Of a stretch of DNA of 64,000 nt, positions 9,444-19,429 are shown in pieces. Each line of letters starts with the position of its first letter. Within the stretch, counting starts at the first letter, position 1. The stretch is from an uncultured Gammaproteobacteria bacterium (GTDB taxonomy: Bacteria > Patescibacteriota > Microgenomatia > UBA8517), in NCBI GenBank assembly GCA_964645605.1, contig CAZYCE010000001.1:64063-128062 (forward strand), read 5' to 3'. A program made the translations under genes and the position numbers. The notes under the pieces were generated by a model. That model was not told where the DNA came from. It made no database searches and was given only the letters and a program-made list of their open reading frames with translations.

Positions 9444-10697
9444 CTATTTTTCTCTAAAGGATAGGCCAGTAATTAATGCCAGAAGAAGCAGGTTTTGTTG
9501 TATTGTAAACCAATAGTGATCAAAAAGACTTGTTACCAAAACAAAAATCATTATTAAAATCCCCCACTTGTTTTTTGTTTTTATGCATCGAATAAATACC
9601 GACATCACCAATAAACATACCAGTGCTATCCCCAACACGCCCGACTCACTGAAAATTAGCAAGTATAAATTGTGGACCGGTTGTAAAAGCCATACTCCAT
9701 TTTCCCTTCCCGAAAAAGCTGTGCCGGTTATGATAAACGTGTTTAATCCACTCCCGGTTATCCAATTCCGGGAAAATATTCTTCCCGAAATATTTGCCAG
9801 TTCCAGCCTTTGAGAAAAACTTTGAGAAAAGCTCACCCGACTTGAAAGAAGCGGTCGGGCGAAAAGCGAAAGACCCAAACTTGCCAAGAACAGCAGTAAT
9901 AATAATAGACTAAATATTTTTTTACGATAAATATTTTTTCTAAGTAAAAAATAAAACGGCAGGCAGATTGAAAGACCGATGTGTGCCGACAAAGAAAAAG
10001 TAAACATAAAGGTTAGGAAAATGATTGTCAAACCAAAAAATTTTATCAACTTATTTTTGAGATTTAAATTAAATAGAAAATAAATTATCGAAGCTCCCAA
10101 AAAACCCGCCAAGGAGTTCGGATGAGGAAATGTTGAATAAACTCTTAGTAAATTTCTGCCGAACATGTTCACAAGTGCAATTCCCGGCGTATAAATTGAG
10201 AAAGACCTTTCTCCAATCAGGTAAAATATATTTCCCGAGGTTCTCCCATTGAAGAGCTGGAGCAGACCAACAAAACAAAAAAATAACAACGAGAAAAATA
10301 TTGTCTTTGCTACGTCTTTAACAGTAAAAACGTCTTTTCTTTCCGCAACATAATAGCCGAAGACAAGTAGTTCGAATACTTTTACCCATTTAATGGCCGA
10401 TACATAAAACGATTGAGAAAAAATCAAATTAATGAAACAAATCATCAAGAGTAAGGCCAAAAGGTATTTATGTTTACCAAAATCCTTTGCTATTTTGCGT
10501 CTTAACTTAAACGCCCACGGGATAACGAGCAGCAAAAACAAAATATCGGTTAAATAAATAGCCGGAGCCAGATAATCAATTCTTATTCCGAAAATAAAAG
10601 CAAAGCTCGGCCAAAAATGTAATGCTAGCTGTGTCGGTATAAGAAAAATAAGAAGAAAGTTTAAAATTCTTTCGAAGATTTTTAGTTTAGAGATCAC
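9444..10697 (-). CDS. Polytopic membrane protein, O-antigen ligase / Wzy-like family.
   Basis: About 10-12 predicted TM helices with a central larger loop. Composition typical of the Wzy_C/O-antigen ligase family. Assignment by architecture only. Confidence 0.4.
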   Translation of the reverse strand: MISKLKIFERILNFLLIFLIPTQLALHFWPSFAFIFGIRIDYLAPAIYLTDILFLLLVIPWAFKLRRKIAKDFGKHKYLLALLLMICFINLIFSQSFYVSAIKWVKVFELLVFGYYVAERKDVFTVKDVAKTIFFSLLFFCFVGLLQLFNGRTSGNIFYLIGERSFSIYTPGIALVNMFGRNLLRVYSTFPHPNSLAGFLGASIIYFLFNLNLKNKLIKFFGLTIIFLTFMFTFSLSAHIGLSICLPFYFLLRKNIYRKKIFSLLLLLLFLASLGLSLFARPLLSSRVSFSQSFSQRLELANISGRIFSRNWITGSGLNTFIITGTAFSGRENGVWLLQPVHNLYLLIFSESGVLGIALVCLLVMSVFIRCIKTKNKWGILIMIFVLVTSLFDHYWFTIQQNLLLLALITGLSFREK

Positions 10698-11155
10698 TTC
10701 TTGGGACTGATTATTAGGTATCTATCCTCCCCTTCTCCTTCGGAGGTTGTGGTTACGTCTTTGTTGTCTGCCAAAAATAAATGAATCACTCGTCTTTGCC
10801 AAGCTTTAAGGCTGTAAAGGTTCTGGGGGCTACCCGTTTCTACTGCCCTCTGGGCGGTATTATCCGCCAAGTTTTTTAAATACTCTTCTTCCTTCTGTCT
10901 ATAATCTCCAACATTAACAATGATTTTTTCCCACTCACCGGTTTTCTGTTTAAAAAGAATCGCCAATACGTTTTGTATGCTTAGAAGTGTTTCACCTCTC
11001 TTACCAATCAATAAGCCCGTAGCATCTCCGGCATCGATATCCACCACAAAGACACCTTCGTCTTCATCATAAGAAGTATTTATTTTGACATCGGTTGTCA
11101 TTAGAGCAAACAGTTTCTCCGCGACTTCTTTGAGTATGTTTATCTTATCTTTCAT
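10694..11155 (-). CDS. jag: Jag/SpoIIIJ-associated KH + R3H domain RNA-binding protein.
   Basis: KH-like LLIGKRGETLLSIQNVL motif. Conserved position immediately downstream of yidC. Confidence 0.7.
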   Translation of the reverse strand: MKDKINILKEVAEKLFALMTTDVKINTSYDEDEGVFVVDIDAGDATGLLIGKRGETLLSIQNVLAILFKQKTGEWEKIIVNVGDYRQKEEEYLKNLADNTAQRAVETGSPQNLYSLKAWQRRVIHLFLADNKDVTTTSEGEGEDRYLIISPKK

Positions 11156-11161
11156 GGTCTG

Positions 11162-11989
11162 CTATTGTGTTTTTAAACCGAGTCTGGATTTTATCAGATT
11201 AACGCCGGGCGTCAAACTTCCCCATCCTGACATCTGAATTTGTTGCCAAACATTAACAATTGAATAAACAAGCCAGTATAGAGCCAGACCGGAGGGAAGC
11301 CGAAGACCAAATATTAAAGTCATCAAAGGCATCATATATGTCATTGATTTTTGCATGGCTACCTGTGTGTTATCGAGATCGCTTTTGGTCTTTTTGGCAA
11401 TCTTTTGTTCTTCCTTTATATACGGACTTGTTATTTTCACGGACAAAAACTGCGCAAGAGTTGCAAGAATTAGGAATAATCCGGGAAGGCCGAATGAAAT
11501 TCCGGGAATCTTGAACGTGTCCGGTTTGGTTATGTCCATGTAGAAAAATTTGGTATTCAGGCTTTGCCCGTCAGTAAACTTAAGGGGAGGGTAAAGAAGT
11601 TGATTCAGTTTTCCCGAAGCCATATCCTGACCCGACAGAGCGGTTGTGAAAACCTGAAAAAGGGCAATTATAACAATAAATTGTAAAATATAGGGAAGGC
11701 ATCCCGCCATTGGATTAATTTTGTTTTGCTTGTAAAGCTCGGCCTGCGCTTGAGACATTTTCAGTTTGTCGCTTCCGAATTTTTTTCTCAGTTTGGCAAG
11801 CTGCGGTTCCATTTCACGAATCTTTTTCATTGACTTTAAATATGGTTGTGTCAAAGGTCTCAAAATAAAAATTAGGAAAATGCTAAAAAGGATAATCGCA
11901 ACTCCCAAATTTTGCCCAAGATATTTATAAAATAAGATAAGACCGTTGGTTAACGGCTGGACTAAAATTGTTGTAAATATGTTTCCCAT
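11162..11989 (-). CDS. yidC: Membrane protein insertase YidC (short Gram-positive/CPR-type).
   Basis: Five TM helices. Conserved rnpA-yidD-yidC-jag gene order. Confidence 0.75.
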   Translation of the reverse strand: MGNIFTTILVQPLTNGLILFYKYLGQNLGVAIILFSIFLIFILRPLTQPYLKSMKKIREMEPQLAKLRKKFGSDKLKMSQAQAELYKQNKINPMAGCLPYILQFIVIIALFQVFTTALSGQDMASGKLNQLLYPPLKFTDGQSLNTKFFYMDITKPDTFKIPGISFGLPGLFLILATLAQFLSVKITSPYIKEEQKIAKKTKSDLDNTQVAMQKSMTYMMPLMTLIFGLRLPSGLALYWLVYSIVNVWQQIQMSGWGSLTPGVNLIKSRLGLKTQ

Positions 11990-12042
11990 AAGTTCCCTTA
12001 ATTTATCTAAAATTGTAATGCACGAGCTCTGCCTATAATATT

Positions 12043-12264
12043 TTATTTGACCGGATCAAATCCGCAACCACCCCAGGGATGGCAATTTCCTACTCTCTTG
12101 ATACCCATTTTTAAGCCTTTCGGAAATCCGTATTTCTTGAGAGCTTCTATTGTATACTCCGAACACGTTGGAGTAAAACGGCAAGCACTTCCGAATATCC
12201 CGGCAAGGGGGACGGAAAAATAATTTTTATAAAGACTTAGGACTGAAATTAAAATGTTTTTCAT
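12043..12264 (-). CDS. yidD: Membrane protein insertion efficiency factor YidD.
   Basis: CRFTPTCSEY…HPWGGCGFDPV matches the YidD/haemolytic-domain signature. Confidence 0.8.
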   Translation of the reverse strand: MKNILISVLSLYKNYFSVPLAGIFGSACRFTPTCSEYTIEALKKYGFPKGLKMGIKRVGNCHPWGGCGFDPVK

Positions 12265-12605
12265 TTTGTGAGGCCTGCGCTTTTAAGTGAACCTCTAACT
12301 TCTTTCATTATGTCCGCCGTGGAAACTCTGGCTATACTTGTTTTTGCCAAAAAAACAACATCGTATCCGGGAAGCAAATTTATGCTATCTATCCTGACTG
12401 CTTCACTCATGGCTCTTTTAAACCTGTTCCTGTCAACGGCATCCTTGGCTATTTTTGTGGAAACAACGAAACCGAACCTGCTTGGATTTTGATCCCCTCT
12501 ATCTATATAGGCAATTCCAAAATTGTCGGACTGAAAAACCTTTCCATTATTTTGAACATTGGAATAATCTTTTGTCCCGGTAAGTTTAAATTTTTTTGCC
12601 AGCAT
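12261..12605 (-). CDS. rnpA: Ribonuclease P protein component.
   Basis: RNR motif region (FGFVVSTKIAKDAVDRNRFKRAMSEAVR). Position between rpmH and yidD. Confidence 0.8.
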   Translation of the reverse strand: MLAKKFKLTGTKDYSNVQNNGKVFQSDNFGIAYIDRGDQNPSRFGFVVSTKIAKDAVDRNRFKRAMSEAVRIDSINLLPGYDVVFLAKTSIARVSTADIMKEVRGSLKSAGLTK

Positions 12606-12614
12606 GTTTGAAGT

Positions 12615-12755
12615 CTAAACAGAAAGGTTCTTTCTACCCTTCATTCTCCTTCTTTTTAAAATGTTTCTACCTGACTTAGTTTTCATTCTGGACATAAAAC
12701 CATGGGTTCTGACCCTTTTTATCTTGCTTGGTTGGTAAGTTCTTTTGGTTGCCAT
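12615..12755 (-). CDS. rpmH: 50S ribosomal protein L34 (46 aa). The ORF-track start at 12803 is an upstream in-frame Met; the true start is [10 protein letters not shown].
   Basis: [46 protein letters not shown] is near-identical to bacterial L34. Confidence 0.85.
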   Translation of the reverse strand: MATKRTYQPSKIKRVRTHGFMSRMKTKSGRNILKRRRMKGRKNLSV

Positions 12756-12820
12756 GAGGATTATTATACCAGAGAAATCTTTAATTGGTAACCCGAAACA
12801 CAAAATGGGGCTTGACGAAT

Positions 12821-12829
12821 TGTGGATAA
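12821..12829 (-). promoter_or_regulatory. Perfect DnaA box (TTATCCACA on the minus strand) in the rpmH-dnaA intergenic region, overlapping a TTGACG -35-like element upstream of dnaA.
   Basis: The plus-strand sequence tgtggataa is the reverse complement of the consensus DnaA box TTATCCACA. cttgacg is immediately 5'. Confidence 0.6.
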
Positions 12830-12951
12830 CTCATTAAAAGTACATAGTGCAGAGTATCTAGTACTTAGAAAATAAAACTTCCGTTCCTGCCTCAAATTTA
12901 TCTATGTATTGCGTACTCGGTACCAATTCCTATCCCTACGGGTAACATATT

Positions 12952-14313
12952 ATGAATAATGAACAAGTTTGGAAAGATTCTTTAGAAATTATTAAGGTCA
13001 CGGTTTCTCCGGCTATTTTTTCGACGTGGTTTTCCCAAACACACCTTGTTTCGTTAGAGGACTTTCCTGATAAATCAAGTATCGAGGTGGGTTGTCCGAC
13101 TTCGTTTGCAAAAAACACAATTGAAGCCAGGTATTTTGGGTTGGTACAGGATTCCTTGTCAAAAGTATTAGGTAAAAAATGCGATCTAACTTTCATCGTC
13201 AAATCTAATCCTAAAACAATAAAGGGTAGCCAAGTTCCGTCTTCCCCTCTTTTCTCTATCGAAAAAGACGAGAAGAGCTCGCTTGAGGTTTTACAAAAGG
13301 CGAGGATCAGGCCCAGTTTTACTTTTGAAAATTTTGCGGTTTCATCGTCTAACCAAATGGCACATGCGGCTGCAGAAGCAGTATCAAGAGATTTGGGGTC
13401 TGCATATAATCCGCTATTTATTTGGGGTGGGGTGGGGGTTGGTAAAACACATCTTATGGTTTCTGTCGGAAATTACGTATTGAAGAACAGCTCCGACAAA
13501 AAGGTGTTGTTTTGTACTGGAGAGGACTTTACCAACGATATAGTTGAGGGAATCAGAAATAAAACAACGCAGGCATTCAGAAACAAATACAGGAAACTGG
13601 ATTTACTGTTAATAGACGACATTCAATTCATTGCCGGAAAAGACACTGTCCAGGAAGAGTTTTTCCACACATTTAATGCGGTGACCTCGGTAGGGGGACA
13701 GATTATCTTGACATCGGACAGGCCTCCCTCGGAAATATCAAGACTTGAAGAGCGCCTAAGAAGCCGTTTCGAGGCGGGCTTGATTGTAGATATTGCGCCA
13801 CCGGATTTTGAGCTAAGATGTGCCATTACACAAATAAAGGCTAAGGAAAAGGGAATTGACCTAAGTTCCGAGCAAGTCCAGATGATTGCCGCAAATTCGG
13901 AGTCGGCCAGAAAAATCGAGGGGATTTTAACGAAAATTTTGACCGAAATTCATATCAAAAACATCGTAGTCACAAACGAGTTAATTGAAAGCATGTTCTC
14001 AAGAAGCTTAGAAAATATGGGCAATGTAACGAGAAGCACTCCGGATGAAGTGATCGACGCTGTTTCAAAATATTTCCAAATAGGAAAAAGGTTGCTTTTG
14101 GGAGAATCCCGTGCCAGATCAATTGCCAGACCAAGGCAGATATTAATGTATCTTCTAAGAACACATCTTGGGGAACCTCTTGAGGAAGTGGGAAGAGTAA
14201 CCGGGGGAAGAGATCATACGACTGTTATGCACGCTGTGGAAAAGATAACCCAACTAGCCACAAACGATGTGCAAATCCGTGAGGATATTTTGAAGATAAA
14301 ACAAGTCATTTGA
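12952..14313 (+). CDS. dnaA: Chromosomal replication initiator protein DnaA.
   Basis: AAA+ Walker A GGVGVGKTHLM, Walker B LLLIDDIQF, and a C-terminal DNA-binding helix-turn-helix region. Flanked by rpmH and dnaN. Confidence 0.95.
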   Translation: MNNEQVWKDSLEIIKVTVSPAIFSTWFSQTHLVSLEDFPDKSSIEVGCPTSFAKNTIEARYFGLVQDSLSKVLGKKCDLTFIVKSNPKTIKGSQVPSSPLFSIEKDEKSSLEVLQKARIRPSFTFENFAVSSSNQMAHAAAEAVSRDLGSAYNPLFIWGGVGVGKTHLMVSVGNYVLKNSSDKKVLFCTGEDFTNDIVEGIRNKTTQAFRNKYRKLDLLLIDDIQFIAGKDTVQEEFFHTFNAVTSVGGQIILTSDRPPSEISRLEERLRSRFEAGLIVDIAPPDFELRCAITQIKAKEKGIDLSSEQVQMIAANSESARKIEGILTKILTEIHIKNIVVTNELIESMFSRSLENMGNVTRSTPDEVIDAVSKYFQIGKRLLLGESRARSIARPRQILMYLLRTHLGEPLEEVGRVTGGRDHTTVMHAVEKITQLATNDVQIREDILKIKQVI

Positions 14314-14329
14314 GGATTGTTTTTAGGTT

Positions 14330-14460
14330 TAGCGAATTTATCAACAACAAGATTACACTTATCCACAAAACTGTACACAAATATCTATGCGTATCATCAA
14401 CACAAACACATCCCGAAAAGTAAATTTATTTTTAAAAAGTTTTCAACTTATCAACCCTTA
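14330..14460. promoter_or_regulatory. Probable oriC. AT-rich dnaA-dnaN intergenic region with clustered DnaA boxes.
   Basis: Perfect TTATCCACA at 14359-14367. One-mismatch TTATCAACA at 14334-14342. Two-mismatch TTATCAACC near 14446-14454. A/T-rich stretch (aaatttatttttaaaaagtttt) suitable as a DNA unwinding element. Confidence 0.65.
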
Positions 14461-14527
14461 CTACTACTAGAACTACTAGTTAATATATGATATTAACAAA
14501 GAAAGGAAAAATCACTTAAAACAATAA

Positions 14528-15640
14528 ATGAAACTACAAATTCTTCAGGAAAATCTAGAAAAAGCGGTTAATATAACCACAAGGTTTGCAAGCACCAGAG
14601 CACAACTTCCGATACTTGGGAACATACTTATTTCGGCCAGAAAAAATAAAATTTACGTCTCCTCAACTAATTTGGAAATTTCTGCAAGTGTTCAGGTTGG
14701 GGCAAAAGTAGAAAGAGAAGGGGAAATAAGTATTCCGGCCAAGGTCATAACGGATTTGATTTCCAATCTACCCAAGGAAACAATAAATCTTGAGGCGGAA
14801 AAAGAACAGTTAAAAATTACAACAAGTGGTTTTTCTTCGATGGTTTTGGGAATGAATTCGAGTGATTTTCCCAAAGTTCCCAATTCATTATCCGAGAAAA
14901 ATACAATCACCTTTTTGAGAACAGAAATTTCGGAGAGTTTGAATAAGGTCATCTTTTCAACCTCGACAGATGAGACAAGACCTGTACTAACAGGTGTTTT
15001 ATTTATTTTATCGGGTAAATTCTTGTCTTTAGTATCTACGGATGGCTTTAGACTTTCCAGAAAGACAATCCTCTTAAAATACAATGTAAAAGAAAAGAAA
15101 TCGGTTGTTATTCCAAAGGGCGTACTGGCGGAAATCGGCAGGGGAGTTTTTGATGTGGATGAAATCCTTTTTGATCTCGATGAGTCGGAAAAACAAGTAA
15201 TTTTCGGGCTGGGGGACACTGTTTTGACGTCACGGCTTTTGGAAGGGGAGTATCCCGATTTTGAAAAAATTATTCCTAAAAGTTCATTTGTTAAAATTAC
15301 TTTAGATAAAGAAGAATTTTTGAGAGCTGTAAAGCTGGCATCTATTTTTGCGAGAGAATCCGCAAATATAGTAAAAATAAAGGTACTAAAAGATTTGATT
15401 AAGGTATCTGCGGAAAGCGGGGCAGCGGGAAGTCAGGAAACAAAAGTTGATGCTAAAGTTGAAAAAGAGGGTGGTGACGAATTCGAAATCGCCTTTAACT
15501 ATAGATTTTTGGAGGACTTCCTGCATTCGGTGGCAGGGGAGGAAATTCGAATGGAGTTTACCAACCCTACTTCGGCGGGTGTTTTTAGAGACACCGGTGA
15601 TCCCGAATATCTTCATTTAATCATGCCGGTTAAATTATAA
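14528..15640 (+). CDS. dnaN: DNA polymerase III beta sliding clamp.
   Basis: 370 aa, three-domain clamp length. Position immediately after dnaA/oriC. Typical N-terminal MKLQILQENL…. Confidence 0.85.
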   Translation: MKLQILQENLEKAVNITTRFASTRAQLPILGNILISARKNKIYVSSTNLEISASVQVGAKVEREGEISIPAKVITDLISNLPKETINLEAEKEQLKITTSGFSSMVLGMNSSDFPKVPNSLSEKNTITFLRTEISESLNKVIFSTSTDETRPVLTGVLFILSGKFLSLVSTDGFRLSRKTILLKYNVKEKKSVVIPKGVLAEIGRGVFDVDEILFDLDESEKQVIFGLGDTVLTSRLLEGEYPDFEKIIPKSSFVKITLDKEEFLRAVKLASIFARESANIVKIKVLKDLIKVSAESGAAGSQETKVDAKVEKEGGDEFEIAFNYRFLEDFLHSVAGEEIRMEFTNPTSAGVFRDTGDPEYLHLIMPVKL

Positions 15641-15645
15641 AAGAA

Positions 15646-16677
15646 TTAGTTTTTAAAGGCGGGCAAATACATCAGAATATTGACAGAATTGCCGATGTTA
15701 TTAACTGAAGCGGTTCCTTCACTAAGGAAAACCGGTTGAAGGTTTGCCCCACTCTGATTGTCTAAAAGATATACAACCGAAACTTTATTAATCTTTATGT
15801 TGGAGACATCACCTATTTTTAAATCCGGTAAGTTAACGTTGTTGTTATTTAAACTTACAATTATGCTTTGAGGGACCATTTGCAGGAACTCCTCATAATT
15901 CAAAATTGGATATCTTTCAGTTGACTCCTGAAAAACGTATCCGATATTACCTTTAAAGTTAAAAGGGGTACCGTCTTTTAACATCTGTACATACAACTGT
16001 GGCTCATCGGGGTTAACAGTAAATATTGGATAAACGGAAGGGCTTTGAGAATAATTTACCTGCACGATATCAGCATTTTCTTTTGTTGTTTTTAAAAGAT
16101 TCTCGATATTATCCGAAACTTTGTAATAGGTAAAATTGATAAATTTTAAATTGGTGTTATCAAGCCCAACCTTGTTTACCAGAAATTGTGACGCTATTGC
16201 CCGGTATTCGTTTTCGGTTACTTGCTTGTTAACAGTGTTTTTAATAAGTGTGCGAATACCCTTATTCGAAGAATAAAAAATATTGTTTGTTTTTAATATA
16301 ATTGTTAATGAATAATTATCATTATTCCATATCATTATTGTTCCGCTTTGTGCATCGTTCGCCACTATTGGTTTTAATGTAAAACCCATTCTCGCAGCAA
16401 TTTCGTTTGCCATAGATTCGCTAATAACACCGGGCGATATTGGTTTTAGAAAAGGCAGGTTTGGAGGAAAGCTAAAGTCTGATTTATTAATGTGACTTTC
16501 TATTGACAAACTACCTTCTTTAAAATAGTTTGTGATATTTAAAGGTTGACGAACGCCGTTTTGGTTTTCTTCCGTGTTGTTTTTTGCTTTTTTTAACGCC
16601 AAAAATATAAACAACAAAGACGCCACAGACATTATTGCTAAAATTAATATAATTAGCTTTTTATTTATTTTAAACAT
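15646..16677 (-). CDS. Secreted/membrane-anchored hypothetical protein (343 aa), first gene of the accessory island downstream of dnaN.
   Basis: N-terminal signal/anchor KLIILILAIMSVASLLFIFLAL. No known motif. Confidence 0.4.
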   Translation of the reverse strand: MFKINKKLIILILAIMSVASLLFIFLALKKAKNNTEENQNGVRQPLNITNYFKEGSLSIESHINKSDFSFPPNLPFLKPISPGVISESMANEIAARMGFTLKPIVANDAQSGTIMIWNNDNYSLTIILKTNNIFYSSNKGIRTLIKNTVNKQVTENEYRAIASQFLVNKVGLDNTNLKFINFTYYKVSDNIENLLKTTKENADIVQVNYSQSPSVYPIFTVNPDEPQLYVQMLKDGTPFNFKGNIGYVFQESTERYPILNYEEFLQMVPQSIIVSLNNNNVNLPDLKIGDVSNIKINKVSVVYLLDNQSGANLQPVFLSEGTASVNNIGNSVNILMYLPAFKN

Positions 16678-16682
16678 CTTTT

Positions 16683-19427
16683 TTACGGTATGTAACCACA
16701 GTAATTGAATTCATCTGAACAGTTTCTTTTAATATTTTTAGGTATATACGGTGGCTCCATGATTATTCCTCCTATAAATTCATAATGCAAATGAGGTCCC
16801 GTTCCTTGGGTTCCTGAAAGTCCTATTGGTTGTCCAAAGCCGATTTCTCCGTCTTTGGCGAAAACAACAGAAAGATGTGCATACCTTACGGTTACCTGTT
16901 TTCCTCCACAATCGGAAGAAACGTCAACATAATTTGGCCCGTAGGCGGCAACTCCCCTAACAACATTTGCTACGCCGGTAGAAGTTGATTGGACGTGTGT
17001 TCCTACGGGTACGGCAATATCAATAGCCTCATATCCTCGATGACTATAACCACCGTTTGGTGTCTGTGTAATCGGATAACTACCCAATATCGGCCAACCG
17101 GCAGGACACGTATCTGGGGGGTTTCCGATTTTGATTGATGTCGTTGCGGCCGTTTCCTGTTGACCACCATCGGCCGTGTTGGCGCTCACAGTGACAGTAT
17201 TTATTACAAGAGAGTCTTTATACTCACCGCCTGAATAATTTGACTCGTATGAGTAGGAGTATGGACCACTGGTTACAATTTCACCGGGAATATCTGAGGC
17301 AGACGGGGTGTTTGAAGGACATTTCTTGTTTCCCGCAGCAGAAATTATTTGACAATCATCTTTTATTGAGATGTTTGTCAAAGTGCTCTTTTTTGCATTG
17401 ACGGTAACATTATAGGAAACTTTAAGAGGGAGACTTGAATTTTGAAACGGTCCGGAAGGACTGACGTCTTTTTGTACATGTATATAAGGATTCGTGCTCG
17501 TTCCCGCGGTGGCAGTAGGTGGTACTATGTACGCTCCTGAGTTGATAATAAAAAGTATAAAAGCCACAAGAATTGGAGTAACCAATACAGTGATAAATAT
17601 AGGCATAAAGATGGGTGCGATAGCCAATTTACCCAAGGTAACAAAGAAACCTCCAATGCTTGTGCCAACAGCCCCTAAACTAACACTTCCTGCTGACACA
17701 GCAGCAGAAACTCCAAAAGCCCCAAGTCCGGCAATAATTCCCACAACAGGCCCTGCAATCAAAAAGGCTCCAAGACCTATGACGGCACCAATTATGTAGT
17801 CTGCATTCTTTTTAATCCATGGCCCCACCTTTTCCAGAATTTTTCCAAAAACTGCTCCGATAATTAATCCCGCAATTGTGCCGATAACGGGAATTATTCC
17901 AGTTCCAACCGTTGCCCCAACTTTTGCGGCCGCCGCTTGCATACCAAGTTTACTAAGTAAAGAAGACGCACCTCTAGCGATAGCGTTTCCCAGTGTGATA
18001 TTCAAACTTTTTCCTGCGACTGCTTTGGCAACGGCCCCTTCAGTTATTCCCTCCGCAACAACGGCACTCTCGGCAACAATCGCACCTTCCGTGGCAATCA
18101 TCTCGGTTGCAACCGGGGCGACAGCCTGAATGCCTACATTTATACCTAATCGCCCGGCGATATTTGTTATTAATGGGGCATAACCAGGGAAAGCTGTGGT
18201 GATAAGTTTTCCAAAAGAACTGGTACCAACATATTCAAAGTTGGTTTGTAAACCCAAAAACGGGGCTATGCTGTCAAATGCTTGAGAATTGGCAAAACCG
18301 GAGATTTTTCCAAGTGATCCAGTTGTAGTCAAAGATTTTGTTTTTGACAATGCCAACACCTTAAGCTTTGATTCGGCAATCCCCTTTACACTCTCAGTTA
18401 CCGGAGAATTAAAACCGTCGGAGATATCTCCTTCCTGGAAAGAAAAGGAATTATTCTGAAGTTGACCCAGTTTAATTGTAAAAGCTCCGTCAGATTTTTC
18501 AGTGGATAAAATATACTGCTGCTCGACCGGACCCAACACCGTGTTTGTAATATTTTCGCCGAGGGTTCTTAGGAGAACTGTTCTGTAAAGGTTGTCATTA
18601 CTTTCTGAAAACACCGTGAGCATGGATGTTGTTTTTACCAACTCTCTTTGTGCTACGGAACTTAGATCGGGTATCAGTTCAGGAGCCTTTGCGGTCGCAG
18701 CAAAAACTCCCACGGGGACAGGTTTTTGGGCCGGATTAATAAGAGCTTGGGTAGTATCTACCGCAATAATTTGGGACAAGGGTTCTAATATTTCTTTCGG
18801 AATATCCGGATTTTTCTGAGATATGAGTTGCGAAAGTTTTTGAGAAAAGAGCTGAGAATCATTCTTGGCAATATCCACTAGTTTTTGTTCGTTTTCAGAA
18901 AAAATAATATCCGGAACTTTTGTAGCGGGTACAGCATACAAGGTTTTGTCGCCAATCTCTGTCAATACATTCTTTTGGATATCTTTGGGGGCGGCTTGAA
19001 TAATTTTGGCGCGCGATTCATATATCTCCTGCTGTTTATTTATAGATTTTCTTACAGCTTCTTCAGCTTTTGTTTTTGTTTCAAGACTTTCTGTCTCACG
19101 TTTCCGTCTTTCGAGTTCCTGCAACGCGCGTGCTTCCTTGTCCGGCACGTTTGCTTCAACCGGCTTTTCCTCGTTTTCGGATTCTCCCACAAGTTTCTCT
19201 ACAGCAAGTTCTGCCTTTTTAATATTTTCAATATCTTTATCGGACTTTATGCGGATGCCGGTTAGCCTGTAAACAAAATCTATGAAATCGCTTCTGTTTT
19301 TCCAATTAAATTCTCCAGAAACATATGGCTTATCAGAAGAATATATAGCGTCTTCAGGGAAGAAATGGGCAAAGGCAAACCTTAGATAATTTACATTTTC
19401 GGAGGTCAAGCTGATCTTATTTGCCAT
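16683..19427 (-). CDS. Giant (914 aa) membrane protein. Cytoplasmic coiled-coil N-terminus, Gly/Ala-rich multi-helix membrane region, and a C-terminal extracellular M23 (LytM-type) metallopeptidase domain. Candidate cell-wall-remodelling component of the secretion/pilus apparatus.
   Basis: C-terminal GYSHRGYEAIDIAVPVGT… and GPHLHYEF (HxH) motifs are characteristic of M23 peptidases. A glycine-zipper-like hydrophobic block spans residues ~430-620. Directly adjacent to the VirB4-like ATPase. Confidence 0.6.
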   Translation of the reverse strand: MANKISLTSENVNYLRFAFAHFFPEDAIYSSDKPYVSGEFNWKNRSDFIDFVYRLTGIRIKSDKDIENIKKAELAVEKLVGESENEEKPVEANVPDKEARALQELERRKRETESLETKTKAEEAVRKSINKQQEIYESRAKIIQAAPKDIQKNVLTEIGDKTLYAVPATKVPDIIFSENEQKLVDIAKNDSQLFSQKLSQLISQKNPDIPKEILEPLSQIIAVDTTQALINPAQKPVPVGVFAATAKAPELIPDLSSVAQRELVKTTSMLTVFSESNDNLYRTVLLRTLGENITNTVLGPVEQQYILSTEKSDGAFTIKLGQLQNNSFSFQEGDISDGFNSPVTESVKGIAESKLKVLALSKTKSLTTTGSLGKISGFANSQAFDSIAPFLGLQTNFEYVGTSSFGKLITTAFPGYAPLITNIAGRLGINVGIQAVAPVATEMIATEGAIVAESAVVAEGITEGAVAKAVAGKSLNITLGNAIARGASSLLSKLGMQAAAAKVGATVGTGIIPVIGTIAGLIIGAVFGKILEKVGPWIKKNADYIIGAVIGLGAFLIAGPVVGIIAGLGAFGVSAAVSAGSVSLGAVGTSIGGFFVTLGKLAIAPIFMPIFITVLVTPILVAFILFIINSGAYIVPPTATAGTSTNPYIHVQKDVSPSGPFQNSSLPLKVSYNVTVNAKKSTLTNISIKDDCQIISAAGNKKCPSNTPSASDIPGEIVTSGPYSYSYESNYSGGEYKDSLVINTVTVSANTADGGQQETAATTSIKIGNPPDTCPAGWPILGSYPITQTPNGGYSHRGYEAIDIAVPVGTHVQSTSTGVANVVRGVAAYGPNYVDVSSDCGGKQVTVRYAHLSVVFAKDGEIGFGQPIGLSGTQGTGPHLHYEFIGGIIMEPPYIPKNIKRNCSDEFNYCGYIP

Positions 19428-19429
19428 CT

